A program made the position numbers and the translations under genes. The notes beneath the pieces are model-generated. The model did not search any database. It saw only the letters and a program-made list of their open reading frames with translations, and was not told the DNA's origin. Shown here piece by piece: positions 13,738 through 27,237 of a DNA stretch of 64,000 bases; positions within the stretch are counted from its first letter, which is position 1, and each line of letters begins with the position of its first letter. Source of the DNA: Camelus ferus (Eukaryota). The stretch is from contig NC_045696.1 in NCBI RefSeq assembly GCF_009834535.1, forward strand, positions 96,350,001-96,414,000, read 5' to 3'.

Positions 13738-13855
13738 TTTTGTAAAATTTTTTGTAAAAATAATTTTTGTAAAATAAAATTTTTTGTAAACAATTTTTTT
13801 GTAAAAATTTTTGTAAACAATTTTTTGTAAAAAAAATAATATTTTGTAAAAAAAA
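13738..13855. repeat. AT-rich minisatellite, 8 copies of T(4-7)GTAAA
   Basis: TGTAAA at 13741, 13753, 13768, 13785, 13800, 13812, 13826 and 13845. Confidence 0.9.
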
Positions 13856-14611
13856 CCCTATTAAGTGGAGTTCAAGATTTCTTTTTTTACTATTTTTTGA
13901 CTGAGGGTATTTAGTCAAAGAATTGGTTCAAATGTGACTTGAATTCATTCTTTTCTTTTTCTTCCATGTGGTCTTGCTATTAATTTGAAATATTGGTTCA
14001 CTGGTTTCTGTTTGCATTCAGTTTTCTTTTTCTTCTCATACTTATTGATTTAATTTCATTTTTGAATGTGTAAAACATTAATAGTGTTTTAAAATCTAAA
14101 CTATACCAAAAGGTACATGCAGAGAAGTGTTGATTCCTCTTTTGTTCTTTTCATTCCATTCTAACACACCATCTGTAGGTAATCGATGTTATTAATTTCT
14201 CTCTTATCTTTCCCATGTTTTTTTTTAAACAAGCTTTCTTACTCATATAGTATACTTTATATACTCTTTTGTGCTTTTTTCCCCACTTAATACCATATCC
14301 TGAAAATTACTCCATACTAGTTCATAGAAATCTCCTAATTCTTTTCATAGTTACAGAGCCCTTTTAGTATGGCTATCATAGTTTATTAAACCAATGTCAA
14401 TGTTAAGGCATTTAGATTGTTTTTTTTTTGTGTGTGCCTTTACAAGTCAGGCTGCAATAAATTACCTTATGCATAGGTATTTTTGTATTCTTGGAGGTAG
14501 TATCAGTCTGAAGACGGAAACCATATGGCAATTCAAATAGGGAAAATTTAATATTAAAAATTATTAAGCTATGATAAGAGAATAACACAAGATGTAAAGA
14601 GAACTTTAAAG

Positions 14612-14806
14612 TAGGATTGGCAAGCTTTTTCTATCAAGGGACAAACAGTAAATATTTTAGGCTTTGTGTACCATACTGTCTCTGTTACAATCATTCAACA
14701 CTGTAGACAATACATAAACCATGTCCATGGCTGTGTATTAAAATTTTATTTACAAAACAGGTGGTGAGCTGGAGTTGGCCAGCAGACCATAGTTTGCCAA
14801 CCCTTG
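14612..14806. mobile_element. MER58A hAT-Charlie MITE
   Basis: Degenerate TIRs taggattggcaag / tttgccaacccttg; internal gtaaatattttaggctttg; 8-bp TSD ctttaaag (14604-14611) / ctctaaag (14807-14814). Confidence 0.85.
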
Positions 14807-15248
14807 CTCTAAAGAATAATGCTCTAGGTCTGAGGGAGAGGACCCGGGGAAGGACAAAATTGGCAGGGAAACCCTTCCAAAGTTTTCCAACTAAAACCTA
14901 GTTGGAGAAGATGTGGTTGCAGTCTACTGGATGGCAGTGAACCCTGGGCCAAAGTTTTCCACAGCAGAAAATAAGGCTCTGGCATACAAGCACACAGGGG
15001 TAGTCAGGGCTCCAGCTGGAGCACTGGCTGTCCCTACCAGAAGGTCCACAGCAAGCTGGTCATGAGGCCCAGGTTGGGCTGGAAGGTAACTGAGGGACTG
15101 GGCACTCGGGCACGACCTGATTCCATCAGCTTCTCCCCTTTCTCCCCATCTCCACTGCACACCACCGAGGGACTGTACAGCGGGAGCAAGTGAAAACACA
15201 ACGGCAGCACCCCAGACCAGAGCCCTGTTCCTCCTGCAATGTCCCTCC

Positions 15249-15263
15249 AGCGCCCTCTACTGA
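15249..15263 (-). promoter_or_regulatory. CTCF motif
   Basis: Minus strand TCAGTAGAGGGCGCT, 1 mismatch to CCASYAGRKGGCRSY. Confidence 0.55.
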
Positions 15264-15979
15264 CAAAGCTTAACACTGTGCTCTGTTAGGAGAAATGCTT
15301 GGAGTCCCGCCCATTATCATAGGGCAGGTACTTAAGGGTAAAACTGAAGTGAGAGGCTCCTAAGACAGATTCTTAAAAGTCAGATTTGTGAGTCAAAGGG
15401 TAAATACATATTTTGCTAGATTTTGACAAATTTATTTCCATAGGGGTTTAGCATTCTGCATTTCCACCACCAATATATGAGATTACCCTGTTGGTATTTT
15501 ACAAGCTAAACAGCAAAGTGTGCTGCCAAAGTTTTCACTTTTTGTTATGATAATTGTGAAATGTTATCTCATTGCCTTTTTAATTTACGTTTATTTTATT
15601 AGTAGTAAAGTTGAATATCTTTTTATATGTTAAGTCATTTTTATCTTTTTCTCTGTAAATTTTTCATGTCTCTTGTCCATTTTTCTATAGGATTATAAAA
15701 TAAATTCTTAAGTAACAGAGCAGGAAGAAAAATCAGGTTAGCTACAGATGCAAATTACTTGTGAAGAAACCGTTTTGTAGGGCTTTCTGTTGTTGTTGTT
15801 TACTCTTATGTTAGAGACCAAAGTTCAAATCTAAGTTTAGTTTATTTCAGTATTTACTGAGTCCTCCCTGTGGACCAGGCACCCAGGGACAGAGTAAGAA
15901 ACAGAGTCCTTGCTATTAAGTTGCTTAAACCTTAGAGGGAAAACAGACATGTGCAATTATTTGGAGAAAGTAGAAGATA

Positions 15980-16220
15980 GTGATTAAAATATGGATTAGG
16001 AAATACGTGGGCTTGAGTTCAAATTCTGACATTGCCATTTCAACAAGCTGCTGTGTAATATAGGGTGGGTCACTCTGTCTTTCTGCCTCAATTTCTTAAG
16101 ATAGAAATAATAATAAGCACCTCATAGAGTTATCATAGAACTACATTAGTTATTACATGAAAGCCACTAACATACTGCCTGGTAAATAGTGAACATAGAA
16201 TAAATAGTAGCTAATAACAC
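15980..16220 (+). mobile_element. MIR SINE
   Basis: gagttcaaattctgac...ctgcctcaatttc...aataataataagcacctcatagagtt. Confidence 0.75.
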
Positions 16221-18079
16221 TAATAAATAAAAATGTTTATAATAATAGTAACAAAAGTGACAGGAATTTACAGAGTGCTGTGGTATCATATGCATGCTCA
16301 TTAAATTTTTGTTGAATTTAAAAGTGCATTATGACTAAGTTATCAAAAATGTTTAAACCATATGCAATATATTGATGAAATAAGAGTAAATGCTTAAGAA
16401 ATAGTAAACTCACAGATACAGAAACAACAACTCTGGTGTTCTGGATTGTTAGTTATATAAATAAAGTATTGGTATAAAATGCAAAATGGTATAATTCACA
16501 CAGTATTGTCATCTATTGATGGTTTTAAAGACTTAATTCAGGGAATTACAGTTCAATGATTGATTCACTTACTAATTTTCTTTCCGTCTCTGTTTATCAC
16601 CTAATATATACTGCTAAATAAAATAATTCAAAGCTCACATCTAATTTAAAATATAAAATATTTAAACATATTTATAAAAATGCTCAGTTTAATATGATAC
16701 AAAATAATCTACCTCCTCTAGTTCAAAAATTTAGCAAAAACGTCCTAGGAACCATGATCTGTAATGCAGCTCTGTACACGGGTACAAGAAAACACATTTG
16801 TTTTATTTTACCAGATTACAAATATCCCAGCTATTACTTGAGGGAAATTCAGAAAATACAGAAAAGCAAAAAAAGGAGAAAAGTCACATATAATTCTATC
16901 ACTTAGAGATAAAGTGTGTTTGGATTGTATCATATTCAAAAAAATTCAGCAAATATTTATGGACTTCTGACTCTGTCAGCTCTAGTTTGAAGCACTGGGA
17001 GTGCTTGTCCCCCCAGGGAGGTGGGAAGCATCTTTGTGGTGTAGTCTCCGCCCTCCTGAATGGGTGTCTCCTGATCCCTGGGTTCAAGACACAGCCTGGA
17101 AAGTCTACCCCAGCATGCATTACACATGAATTAGCCAATGAATTAGCCATGTGTGGGACATTCCAGGGACCTAGGTGACTGTGCACAGTGCTATTTAGAA
17201 CACAGACTGCAAGAAAATTCAAAAAACACGCATGCAAAGATCACTTTTTCCAATGGCTTTCATCTTTGCTTGAACAAGGAAGGCTAAAGGCCACGGAAAT
17301 TTTGACAGGACTTAAAGTCCATTCTTGCTTTAGAGGAACCTGAAGTACAAAACCAAAGTCTCAAAACATGAATTATTGAATGATTATTCTTGTTTAAAAA
17401 GCGATCACTGTTGAGTTTTACTGCATTAACCTGAACAGAGGTGTCTATGAGTTCTTTTCATTTGAGTCCCACGATGCATTTAAAATTTCCATATAAATTA
17501 TCAGAAATTTGCTCGAAGCATGAATTTTTGAGACCAGGTTAACTGCATACACCTCTAAATATGTGAAATTTTGGCTCTTGCTTGGGACTGGGGAAGAATC
17601 CAGCTCCTCTGTGACTTGGCTGAGCGCTGTTTCTGCTAACATTAGTTCCATTAGAGTGCAACCTGATAGACGGGGCTCCAAAACTTTGCTAAAATTGCAT
17701 TGGTTTGCAGAATAGCTATAGTTGTGTTAAGATTCATAGCTTCCATAATAGCTTCTAATATTAAACTTTAAACATCCTAAATTGATTTAAATTTCTTGGT
17801 AGGTTCTTAGATGGGTCTTTTCCTTGTCATCCTTTCTCCTGTGGCCCCATGTCATTACTGGTATCAAAACCATCTCAGGGAATTCTTCAAAAATCAAAAT
17901 ACAAGAACATACAGGTCTAAAATGTGTCTGTCACCTTGCAGGCTCATCCTCCAAGGACATTTTCGTCGGGTATATATTTAATTAAATAAAAGGCATAGTG
18001 CTCAGCCACTGCCCTTTTGACATATTCTACTTAAGGACTGATTGCATTTTCTAACATTTGTGAATGACATTAATATTTG

Positions 18080-19100
18080 AAAAAAGAATCACAAGGGGCC
18101 ATCTGGAGTTGGACAGAAAGCAAGTATTCAACGAATGACTCTCAGAAAGACTGCCCAACAGTTTTATATGTTGCTGGTGAGAGTATAATCGGTAGAAAGC
18201 AATTTGGCATTCCATGATTTCATTTATAAATCCCATCTGGGAATTTATCAGAAGGAAATAATAAGAGATATAAAGATGTTTGTACAAAGATGCTTACCAT
18301 GGCAATTGGTATAATGGTGAAAATTAGAAAAAACTAAATACTCCTCCATAGGAAATTGGTTAAAGAAAATATTACATCATAGGATGCTATGGCAGAGACG
18401 GCTTAGCTGCTCAATTTCCATTCTTCTCTTTTGTCATTAACAGGACCCCATAATATTGTGGCCAGCAATGTGCTTAGCTAAAAATACTACATTTCACAGC
18501 CTTCCTTGCAGACAAGGGGGCCAATGAGATATAAGCAGAAGTCCTTGGGTGAGACTTCCAAGTGCCTGGATTGCTGCCTGGACCCAGCTGTCTCGATCAC
18601 TGAGATGATGGCTCAAGCCCCGCAAGCCATTTGGGGACCACAAGAGAAAAGCCAGGAGGACTGACTGTATGTAGTGACTGCAGTTCTGATATCCTTGAAC
18701 CACTGTAACAAAGCCAGCGATTGGCTCCTTCCAGATGTCTCATTATATGAGAAAAAATAAACCATTTTACGTTTATGCTCGTCAAACTCTGTCCATGGCA
18801 GCCAAACACAATTCCTAACTGACACAGATGAAACATTGTGCAACCACTTAAAATTATTATCTTTATGAAAAGTGTAATATAATATTAAACAAGAAAGCCA
18901 GAATACGAAGCTCTGCACGTGGTGTGCCCTATTTTATTCTTAAATTATACACATACATTCTATAGGAGTAAAAAAAGACTATAAAATATACTAAAATGTT
19001 AATAGTGGCTGTCTCAGGATTGTGGGTTATCTATTATTGTTATGATTTACTTCCCTATCCTTTCTAAATTTTCAACATTGAGAATTTTTTGAAAATGTTT
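18080..19100 (+). mobile_element. Old L1ME 3' region split by MLT1
   Basis: gtacaaagatgctt...aaactaaatactcc...ggaaattggttaaa; resumes after 18826. Confidence 0.6.
18388..18826 (+). mobile_element. MLT1J-like MaLR solo LTR
   Basis: tatggcagag...ttcacagccttccttgcag...gccaatgagatataagcagaagt...cctaactgacaca; 5-bp TSD gatgc/gatga. Confidence 0.8.
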
Positions 19101-21582
19101 TTAAGATCGTCTAACACACACATGACTGGTGAATAGGTACGTGGTTACATCTCCACTTTGTGGAGAGAAGTGAGTCAGGATGTGTCAAAGGCTTTTACAG
19201 TTTTCCTACTCTTTAACTCTCTACTTCCACTTTGACTTCTGTATCTTGGTAAAATAACATGAGACTCAGACAAAGAACTATACACAAGGATGTTTGCTAC
19301 AACATTATTTTTGATACTGAAAGAATGGAAACAAACTAAATGTCCAATATCAGAAAAGTTTATCATTAAATAATGATGTATCCATCCTATATTATGAATA
19401 CTTACAAATCATGATTAAAAGTAAGAGAAAGGACATTTTGGAACTTGTTTTAGAGCTGTTTCCATATCTGTAGACCGCCCCTCTCCTCCACCTGCTGAAG
19501 CAATGATAGGTATCAATGACGTGGGGGGATATCCCCTGGTCTAGAAGACATTTCTAGCCTTAATTGAAATTAGATTTTTATCTGAGTCCACATCAAGAAA
19601 TTAGCTTTGTTGAGAAAGACTGAAGATTTTTCTCAATGATGTTTATGCATCAAGAGCCAAGCCTGGAGGGGCCAGTTCTTCAGGCTCTGCCTGTCACCTG
19701 GAGGCTCTGCCTGTCTGCCATGGCAGCAAGCCCCTGAGATTGGCTGCCTAGGTAGGAGGAAGGGATGATGTACTGGATGCAGAAGCCCAGAGTTCACCCC
19801 TTCCCACGCAGAGGAAGAAGCAGCTGCTTTTTTGTGCCCTGCACCACATGCTCGTGGTTCACTCATGTTTCCATGGAGGTGGGGAGGAGGTGTCTATGCA
19901 TGATGAGAGCCTCCCACCCAGGCACCCACCTTTCATCTGTCCACTTTTCTGTAGCAGCTGAAGAAGTGGGTTGGACACCCTCAAGCAACAAAGGATGGAA
20001 GTCAGTGGATACATGTCCCAGCCTACCATCCTTTGGAGGAACCATTCTGAGGGCATTCTTTCCATCCCTCTGGAGCTCACCAGTGGATTGAGCCCCTGTT
20101 GCCCATGGCAGCAACTAGCTCCATAACACACCTCAGTTTAACCTCTCCTCCTCACTTCTGTGTCCTGATATCCCCTCCCCAGTAAATAGCCTGCATCCAT
20201 CCCAGCCCTACCTTGCTCTACTTCTAGGGAAGAACCAATCAAGACAATGGAGTATGGGAGAAAATAAGAAAGAGGGAGGTACCAACTCTCATTTATCCAG
20301 CTTTGGGAACTCAAGAACATTAAGAGTAGTAATCCATTTCCCCTGGTATATTTGACCAACATTTTATGATAGAAAAGAAAAACCATTCAATAGAATAGAA
20401 AAGACTATATCAGACTGCACAGCATGTAGTAAGGGTAAATACTGTTTCATGAAACTTCTGTTTCAGGGGTGTGTGTGTGAGTACCGGGTCTCAGTGTATA
20501 ATGTATTTCTTCTGTGGACTGCAGTCCAAAACGCTGGAAGCCATTGATCAAGAGGATACCACATGAATCCAAGCCATCCCTGCTTGGTGGCAGCAAAATT
20601 ATCTAAACATTTATGAAAAAAAATTCAATGACATGGAAAACTACTCATAACTGGGACTGGGAGTCGGGGGGGGGAGGAGACTTGCAAAATGTTGGACATC
20701 ATAGAACTTCAATTATGTAAGAGAAAAACTCTGAAGTAAAAAACAAGAATCATTTATTCATTTCTACTTTTAGCCAGTGGGGGTAGATTCCTAAAACACT
20801 ATTGGTGATGAAAAGACTTAATTTAAAACAAGTGTTTTCACATCAAATAGGGAAAAGCAGGAGACACAGGGCAGGGACTCCGTGGGTCTTGTTCCATGGT
20901 GCCTAGAATCATGTTTGCTACCCAGAGAAGTCAGAATGACTTGTTGGATGAAAGAGTGAAAATTAAAGGGGCAGGTGATCACAGAGCCTAACCTTAGAAG
21001 CACACGGCCATGTCTGGCCCCAGGCGGGAGGGAGAGGCTGAGCGATGGCCCTGCTTCCTGCAGCCATAACAGCTGTAGACCCTCCAGCATGGACTGCCGC
21101 CTCCCAGGCTCTTCAGACACTGCGGTTGCCAGAGAGCCTGCTGTCATCACCCATTTAGGAGACCATTCTGTATGTCTGCTTTGCAAAAGGTGTTAATTTT
21201 TTCACTGCTTTATTGAAAAAGCAGTGTAAATGAATCGTTAATAAATTGAGTGGAATGCAAATTCAACAAAATGTTAATCACGGTTTCTTCTGGGGTTATA
21301 GGAGGCACCAAGATCAGTGGGGGTCTAAGAGCCAAGCCCTGTCCTAAACTATCTACCGGACCTGTACTTAATTCTCGCAACCACCCAATGAAACAGGTAC
21401 TATGATCCTTATACAACAGAAAAGGAAAATGTGTAAATAATAACTAATAGTTACTGAGAAATAACTACGTGCCAAAAACAATGCTGAAAACTTTCCGTGT
21501 ATAATCTCATTTAATTCTCACAACCATAGGTTTATTTTCCCATTTTACAGATGAGGGAAAGTGAGGCTTTAGATAGGCTACT

Positions 21583-22100
21583 TGTGAGGAAAGAGTGAAC
21601 ACAGCATGTATGATTGCCTACTCCTTGCTGTCTCCAAGGTTACCATGATGGACCCTTAGCCAACCCCTGGGAATATGGCCCTCGGAGAGTTCTTCGTGTT
21701 AGCAATGATTTTGTTATATCCACCTGGAACAGAGGGCCATGCCTTACTGGCTTGTCGGGTTGCTTTGCACTAACATCAGATTGACAATATGCACTTGGTT
21801 TCATTGTTGGGTCCTGAGTTTTGACTGCTATGGCAGATTGTGTAGCAGAATGTGCCTATGCTCAGCCCCCACATAAAAGCCTCAGACTCTGAGACTCAAA
21901 GAGGCTTCCCTGGGCAGACATTCCATACGTGTCCCTACGCTTCTCTGCTAGAGAGGCAGCACATCCTGTGTGGCCTCAGATGAGGAAGAGCTTTGGAAGT
22001 CTTTGCCTGATCTCTCTGGACTTTGAAGATGCATATTTTTCCCCTGATGCCTTTTCTCTGTATCCTTTGCTACCGAAAGTCCTACTGCAAACTGCTATTG
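21583..22100 (+). mobile_element. MER68/MER77-like LTR interrupting a MIR
   Basis: tgtgaggaaagagtgaacacagc start; ataaaagcctcagactctgagactc...gcttccctgggcagaca; MIR halves at about 21430-21580 and 22120-22200. Confidence 0.65.
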
Positions 22101-22479
22101 GCTCTTGGAAGTTTTCACTGAGTAAACATTACCCAAGATCATGCAACCAGAAGGTGGTAGAAATAGCACTCAAGCCTAGGCAGCCTGATTTCCGGCTTGT
22201 TCTAACCATCACGTCTTGCCACCCTGTAACTGTCATGTGTTAGGGACTGCCCTCGAAACTGGCGCTGTTATTTTTGTGATGACTGCTCTTCCTTTGTTTT
22301 CTAAATCTTCTTTGATGGACACGCATTATTTGATCATCAAAGGGAGAAAAAGCTTGGAAATGTCCATGACTGAGAGATCGGAAGAAGAGGAGTCAGAAAG
22401 GAAATAGACTACAAGGAAGTAAGTCAGGACGGCACAGACCACCAAGTGGAGTAGGAAGGTGAAATGCAAGGCAGTTTTA

Positions 22480-23770
22480 TAGGAGAAAATCTCCCCATTC
22501 TTGGCGTAGCAAAGATTTATTAGATCGGACACACACAATAAAAATCATAATAAGAAAAACGGATAAGCCGGGCCTCATCTACATTAAAATTTTCCACTGT
22601 GTTAAGATATTGTTAAGCAGATGAAAAGGCAGTGCATACACTGGAAGAAAATATTTGTGGTAAATATATCTGACGAAGGATTGGTATCCAGAATACATAA
22701 AGAATTCTCACAACTTAATAAGAAGAAAATATTAGAAGTGGGTGAAATATTTGAATAGATACTTCACAAAAGAAGGTGTAAGAATGAAAAATAAGCATAC
22801 AAAAAAAAGACTGCCTATATGATTAACCATTAGAGAAATGCAAGTTAAAATCACAGTGAGATGTGACTACAAACCCACTAAAATGACTAAATTAAAGACT
22901 GACAATGAAGAGCAACAGGAATTCTTTTTCATGGCTCCTGGAAATGCAACCAGTTTGGAAAAACAGTTTGGCAGTTCCTCAAATGTGTACTTACCATATA
23001 ATAGAGTATTTCTAAATATTTATTCCCCCAAATGATAATATTTGTCCACTCAAATATTTGTATATTAATGTTCATAGCAGCTTTACTCATAATAGCTAAA
23101 ACCTGAAAACAACCCAAATGTCTGTCAGCAGGTGAGTGGATAAAGAAATTGTGGATCCTCGATCCAATGGAATACTAATTAGTCAACAATCAAAGAGAAC
23201 ACACTTGACCACAGACACTAGCATGGATGAATCGCAAGAACATCATGTTGAAGGAAAAAAATCCACACAAAAGACTGCCTATTATATGTGGAATTTAAAA
23301 AAAGGATACAAATTTTTACTGACAAGCCAAAAATAGGCTGACAGACATAGAAAACAAACTATGGTTACCAAAAAGGAAAGGGTGGGCAGAGATAAATTAG
23401 GAGTTTGGGATTAACAGATGCACACTACTGTACATAAAATAGATAAACAACAAGGACCTACTGTATAGCACAGGGAACTAAATTCAATTTCTTGTAATCA
23501 CATATAGTGGAAAAGAATCTGAAAAAAAAAGTATGTACATGTATAACTGAAGCGCTTTGCTGTACACCTGAAACTAACATTGTAAATCAACTACACTTCA
23601 AAAAAAATAAAAATAAAAAAGAAAAGGTTAAAAAAATGCTTATTATATGATTATATTTCTATGAAATGCCTGCGGTTGTCTTGGGATCTTTTGGAACGAT
23701 GAAAAATGGTTGCATTTTATTGAATATGTTATACCTCAATATTGTTGATTTGAAAATATATAAGGCACTT
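22480..23770 (+). mobile_element. Old L1M 3' region (ORF2 end and 3'UTR, degenerate)
   Basis: ggtatccagaatacataaagaattctc; aatgttcatagcagctttactcataatagc...aacaacccaaatgtc. Confidence 0.85.
23289..23636 (+). mobile_element. Younger L1 3' end (cetartiodactyl-type) inserted into the old L1
   Basis: gacatagaaaacaaactatggttacc...caaggacctactgtatagcacagggaact...A-rich tail; TSD tgcctattatatg (23276-23288) / tgcttattatatg (23637-23649). Confidence 0.85.
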
Positions 23771-24844
23771 GTAATGAAAGAGGAATGGTCAATTCTTTCA
23801 ACTGCTGCAGAAAGGCAGGAGGAAGTTAACTGGAAAAAAGCCATTGGATCCATCCAACCGTGGGTGACTAGGAGTTTCACTATTATAAGTTCAACAGACT
23901 CGGGGGTCAGAAACTCTATTGTTGGGATGGAGAAGGGAACACTTGACACGGAGGATAAACTGGGCTGCTTCTCCTGCACGGAGCACCAGATGCTGGCTCA
24001 CACGTGGCCTGTGCTAACCAGACAGCAATAGCTCCAGCTCCTGCTGAAATCCAAAACTCAGACATCTAATCAAGTACCCAATTACACTGTTTATTAAAGA
24101 TATTTTGTAACTTCAAGTAGAGAAATGTAAAGATCCCCTTCATCATTATATACGTTTTTTAAGGAGCAAACCATGAATCCCTTAGCTTTCCAGCCTTCTC
24201 TGCATCCGTCTATTCTTTCGCATCAGGAGGCTCCTCTCCTTCTGAACTGAGAAGACTTTCTCTTACATTGGCTTAAGGCTCCCCATCAGACACATATCTC
24301 ACCGTCCACAGCCCCTCCCTTCTGTGCCAAGAAGATGTATCCTCTTCACTTAAAGGCTCTCCCCTACCTGGACTGTGAATTCACCACCCAACACTGAAAG
24401 GGCGCCTCTTCTGTACACATCCTCAAGCATTCCTTTACCACCGCTTTCCTTTTGCCTTGATCAGGTGCTCCTAACCCCCAAAGCATATCTCTCACCTCTT
24501 TTCAAAGCTGCCAAACTTCTCAAGCAAGACAAACCCTTCAGTCACTATTTCCTCACTGTACTTTCCCACAACCTGGTCTCTCTTCTGGCCCAAAAAGCTC
24601 CTTCATGCCAAATCCAGTAGGATTCTACAGACATACCTTCCCTAAGCCTTCTATCATATTTGACCTTAGGGTCTAGCCCTTTTCTCACTGAAGGTCCCTT
24701 TCTGGCTTCTGAGAAACGTTTTCTCCCAGTTTCCATGCTAGTGTCCCACCCTTCCTTTCCTTCCCCCACTCAGTCTTCCTACCAATGAGTTGGAGTGTTC
24801 CCTCATATGTTCAGCAGCATTCCCCCCAACACTCTCTCAGTGCA

Positions 24845-25002
24845 ACACTTCTCAAACTTGAATGTGCAAGTGACTCACCTGGGAACCCTGTTAAAAGGCA
24901 GATTCTGACCTAGCTGGAGTCAGGCCTCAGATCCTGCATGTCTAACAAGCTCCTAAGAGGTGGATGCTACTGGTCAGACCCAGGGACATGCTGAGTAGCA
25001 AG
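24845..25002. mobile_element. MER5-family hAT-Charlie MITE
   Basis: cttctcaaacttgaatgtgca...tcacctggg...gcagattctga...tctaacaagctcc...gagtagcaag. Confidence 0.8.
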
Positions 25003-27237
25003 ATCTCAGAGAACAGAGCCTCCGTCCACATTCCAACACTTTCAAACCCAAGAACTTGAAATGCGACTAGTCCGACATGAAATGCTCCTGAGTCATAATT
25101 TAAGGGCCACAAAGATGAATATTCAATGAGAATGGCCCATAACTTTATTATTTAATTATTTAATATATTAGAGACTGATGGGAAGTACAAGCCTCTGATG
25201 TTGCAGATACACAGTCAGATTTCCATCAGAAACAGGCTGGAAGGCATCTGAAGCAGGTAGTTTTTCCTAGAATATGTATTGATCAACAAGTGACAAGAAG
25301 CTTCAGGCATTGTCAATTCTGAATAAACCAAACTTACATCTCCTCACATACGACTGTCCAGTTGCATCACTGCCTTTCTTCATAGATTGTGCTCTTCAAC
25401 TGGCATTTGATTTTAGGTTCAGACTCCCTGACCCACTCAGCTAAGCCAGTAATTCAGCCTTGATGGGATGTCAATGATCCCCCAGGAAGATAACATTCCC
25501 AGTCCTTCTGTGGCATGAAGCTTTGAAAGGCTGGTTTCTTTCACCTCCTTTCCTCCTGGGTATTAGAAAGATTTCTCCCACAGTCAGAGAATGCATTCAA
25601 TAGCATGATTTGGGCCTGCTGACTATAAGATGCCTCCCCCCAAAAGGGCCATTTATTGTTTCTGATACTTCAGCAGCAGACATTGGATTTCCAGCCTCCC
25701 ACAAGTCCACTAAAATTCTGCACCGAAGAAAATAAGGTGGCATCAGAACACAGAATATTTGGGAGCAATTTCTTGACGAAAGGCCTCACTTACTGAGGAT
25801 ATTATTTCAGGCACCCAGAAAATAAAGACTGAATTATAAAGCAATTTGTGTCGAGATGCAAATAATAACTCCTGGAGTAGCAAATGAATGTTATATTATC
25901 ATTGCTACTGAAATGAGTCAAAATTAATTCAAGTGAACCATTTTTCTAAAGATGGAAAGAATTTGTGGGTTTACTATCATGAACAGCCAACAGTAGATAT
26001 TAGCGTTTGTCAAATACTAAATGCAAATATTCAGATAATGAAATAAGGTCAGAAGAGGATGGGGAGCAGAAATTTTCCTTTTGAGTTCACTGAGAAAAAC
26101 CTAACAGTTATCTGAGAATAATTAATTGAATACAGAAATGAAGTCAGACTTGATTTTACAGTAATAGGCAAGACACTTCACTTTCTGTGCCCATATTCTG
26201 AGCGATTCATCCTAGGAGAGGTTCCAGGCTTGGGAGAGGCATTGTTTAAAGTACACGATGAGAAGAGGTGTTTCTCTTTTCATCACTAAATCTCTGCTGG
26301 AGTCCCATCGTGACAAATCTGCTTTTTCAATTTTCAGACACCCAAGTGTGTGAGCTGCAAATGGTCCAATGTTATCCTGTCCCCACTTCCTGTCACCACC
26401 AGTCAATCTCCAAAGGAGGCACTGGGGCATAATAGGAGGCCTGGGAACTGGAGTAAAACACACTAGGATTCAAGCCTTGCCTAGGCTGCTCACTAACTGG
26501 GTGATTCTAAATAATTTCCTTAGCCTTGTAGAGAGTCAGTTAACACAAATGGGAGTTAATATTACCTAATCCTTAGAATGATGAGAATTAAACACATGAA
26601 CACACACAAAGCACTTAGTCCAGTCAATAAAGGGCTGCTGCTATTGTTCTCAGGGTCACTTCAACACTTCATAATTACTATGCTGAAAATCTATCGTGTT
26701 TCTCCATTATACTCTGAAGAAAGTCCAGGGCGGACTGACAAACCACCACCTCCAGATTAGTTCCACTTCCACCCCAGATTAGTTAGTTCACTACCCCTTG
26801 ACTACCCTTTGGGCTTGCTTATGTGTTTATTCACTCATTCAATCTTTCATTAATTTATCAAATGTATATTGAGTACCCATTATGAGGGTATTGGGATGGG
26901 TGCTAGGGTTCCAAAGAAAAGTAAGACACAGCCTCTCCCCTCAAAGTGGGCCTATGAGAAGAGACAGTTATCTATGTAAGTATTTATAATGCAATGAGAA
27001 GCCTGCTGTAAAAGACAGCAAGTGCTCTGTGAGCACAAAGAAAGTGTTACGTTCAGACCTTGTTTTTCTCCTTAATGTCAATATCTTCCTCCATCTCTAT
27101 TATGTGTCCGTCCTATTCATCTTTCAAAACCAAACAATTCCAAGCATTAACCCCCTTCAACAGGCACTTATTGTGTGCTTACTGAATGCTTGGCCCCATG
27201 CTCAGTGCTGGGCAGCCATCTGAAAGTGTGTTTTCAC

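Larger units (their letters stand above)
14500..15366 (-). mobile_element. LTR41-like ERVL solo LTR carrying a CTCF motif
   Basis: Minus strand reads gttaagctttgtcagtagagggcgctggagggacattgcaggagga, as recalled for LTR41; split by MER58A. Confidence 0.6.
12880..15690 (-). mobile_element. Old L1M (L1MC/L1ME-type) 3' fragments, host to nested insertions
   Basis: T-rich L1M-like sequence (ccagccctagaatcagtcatcttttcaagga; attctgcatttccaccaccaatatatgag) on both sides of the 14.5-15.36 kb LTR. Confidence 0.65.

Noticed and set aside
13738..13855. CRISPR-like array (also 44767-44818)
   Set aside because: Simple tandem repeats without unique spacers or cas genes, in mammalian DNA
17122..17154. 12-bp tandem duplication atgaattagcca flanked by a short inverted repeat
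   Set aside because: Ordinary slippage duplication with no evidence of function
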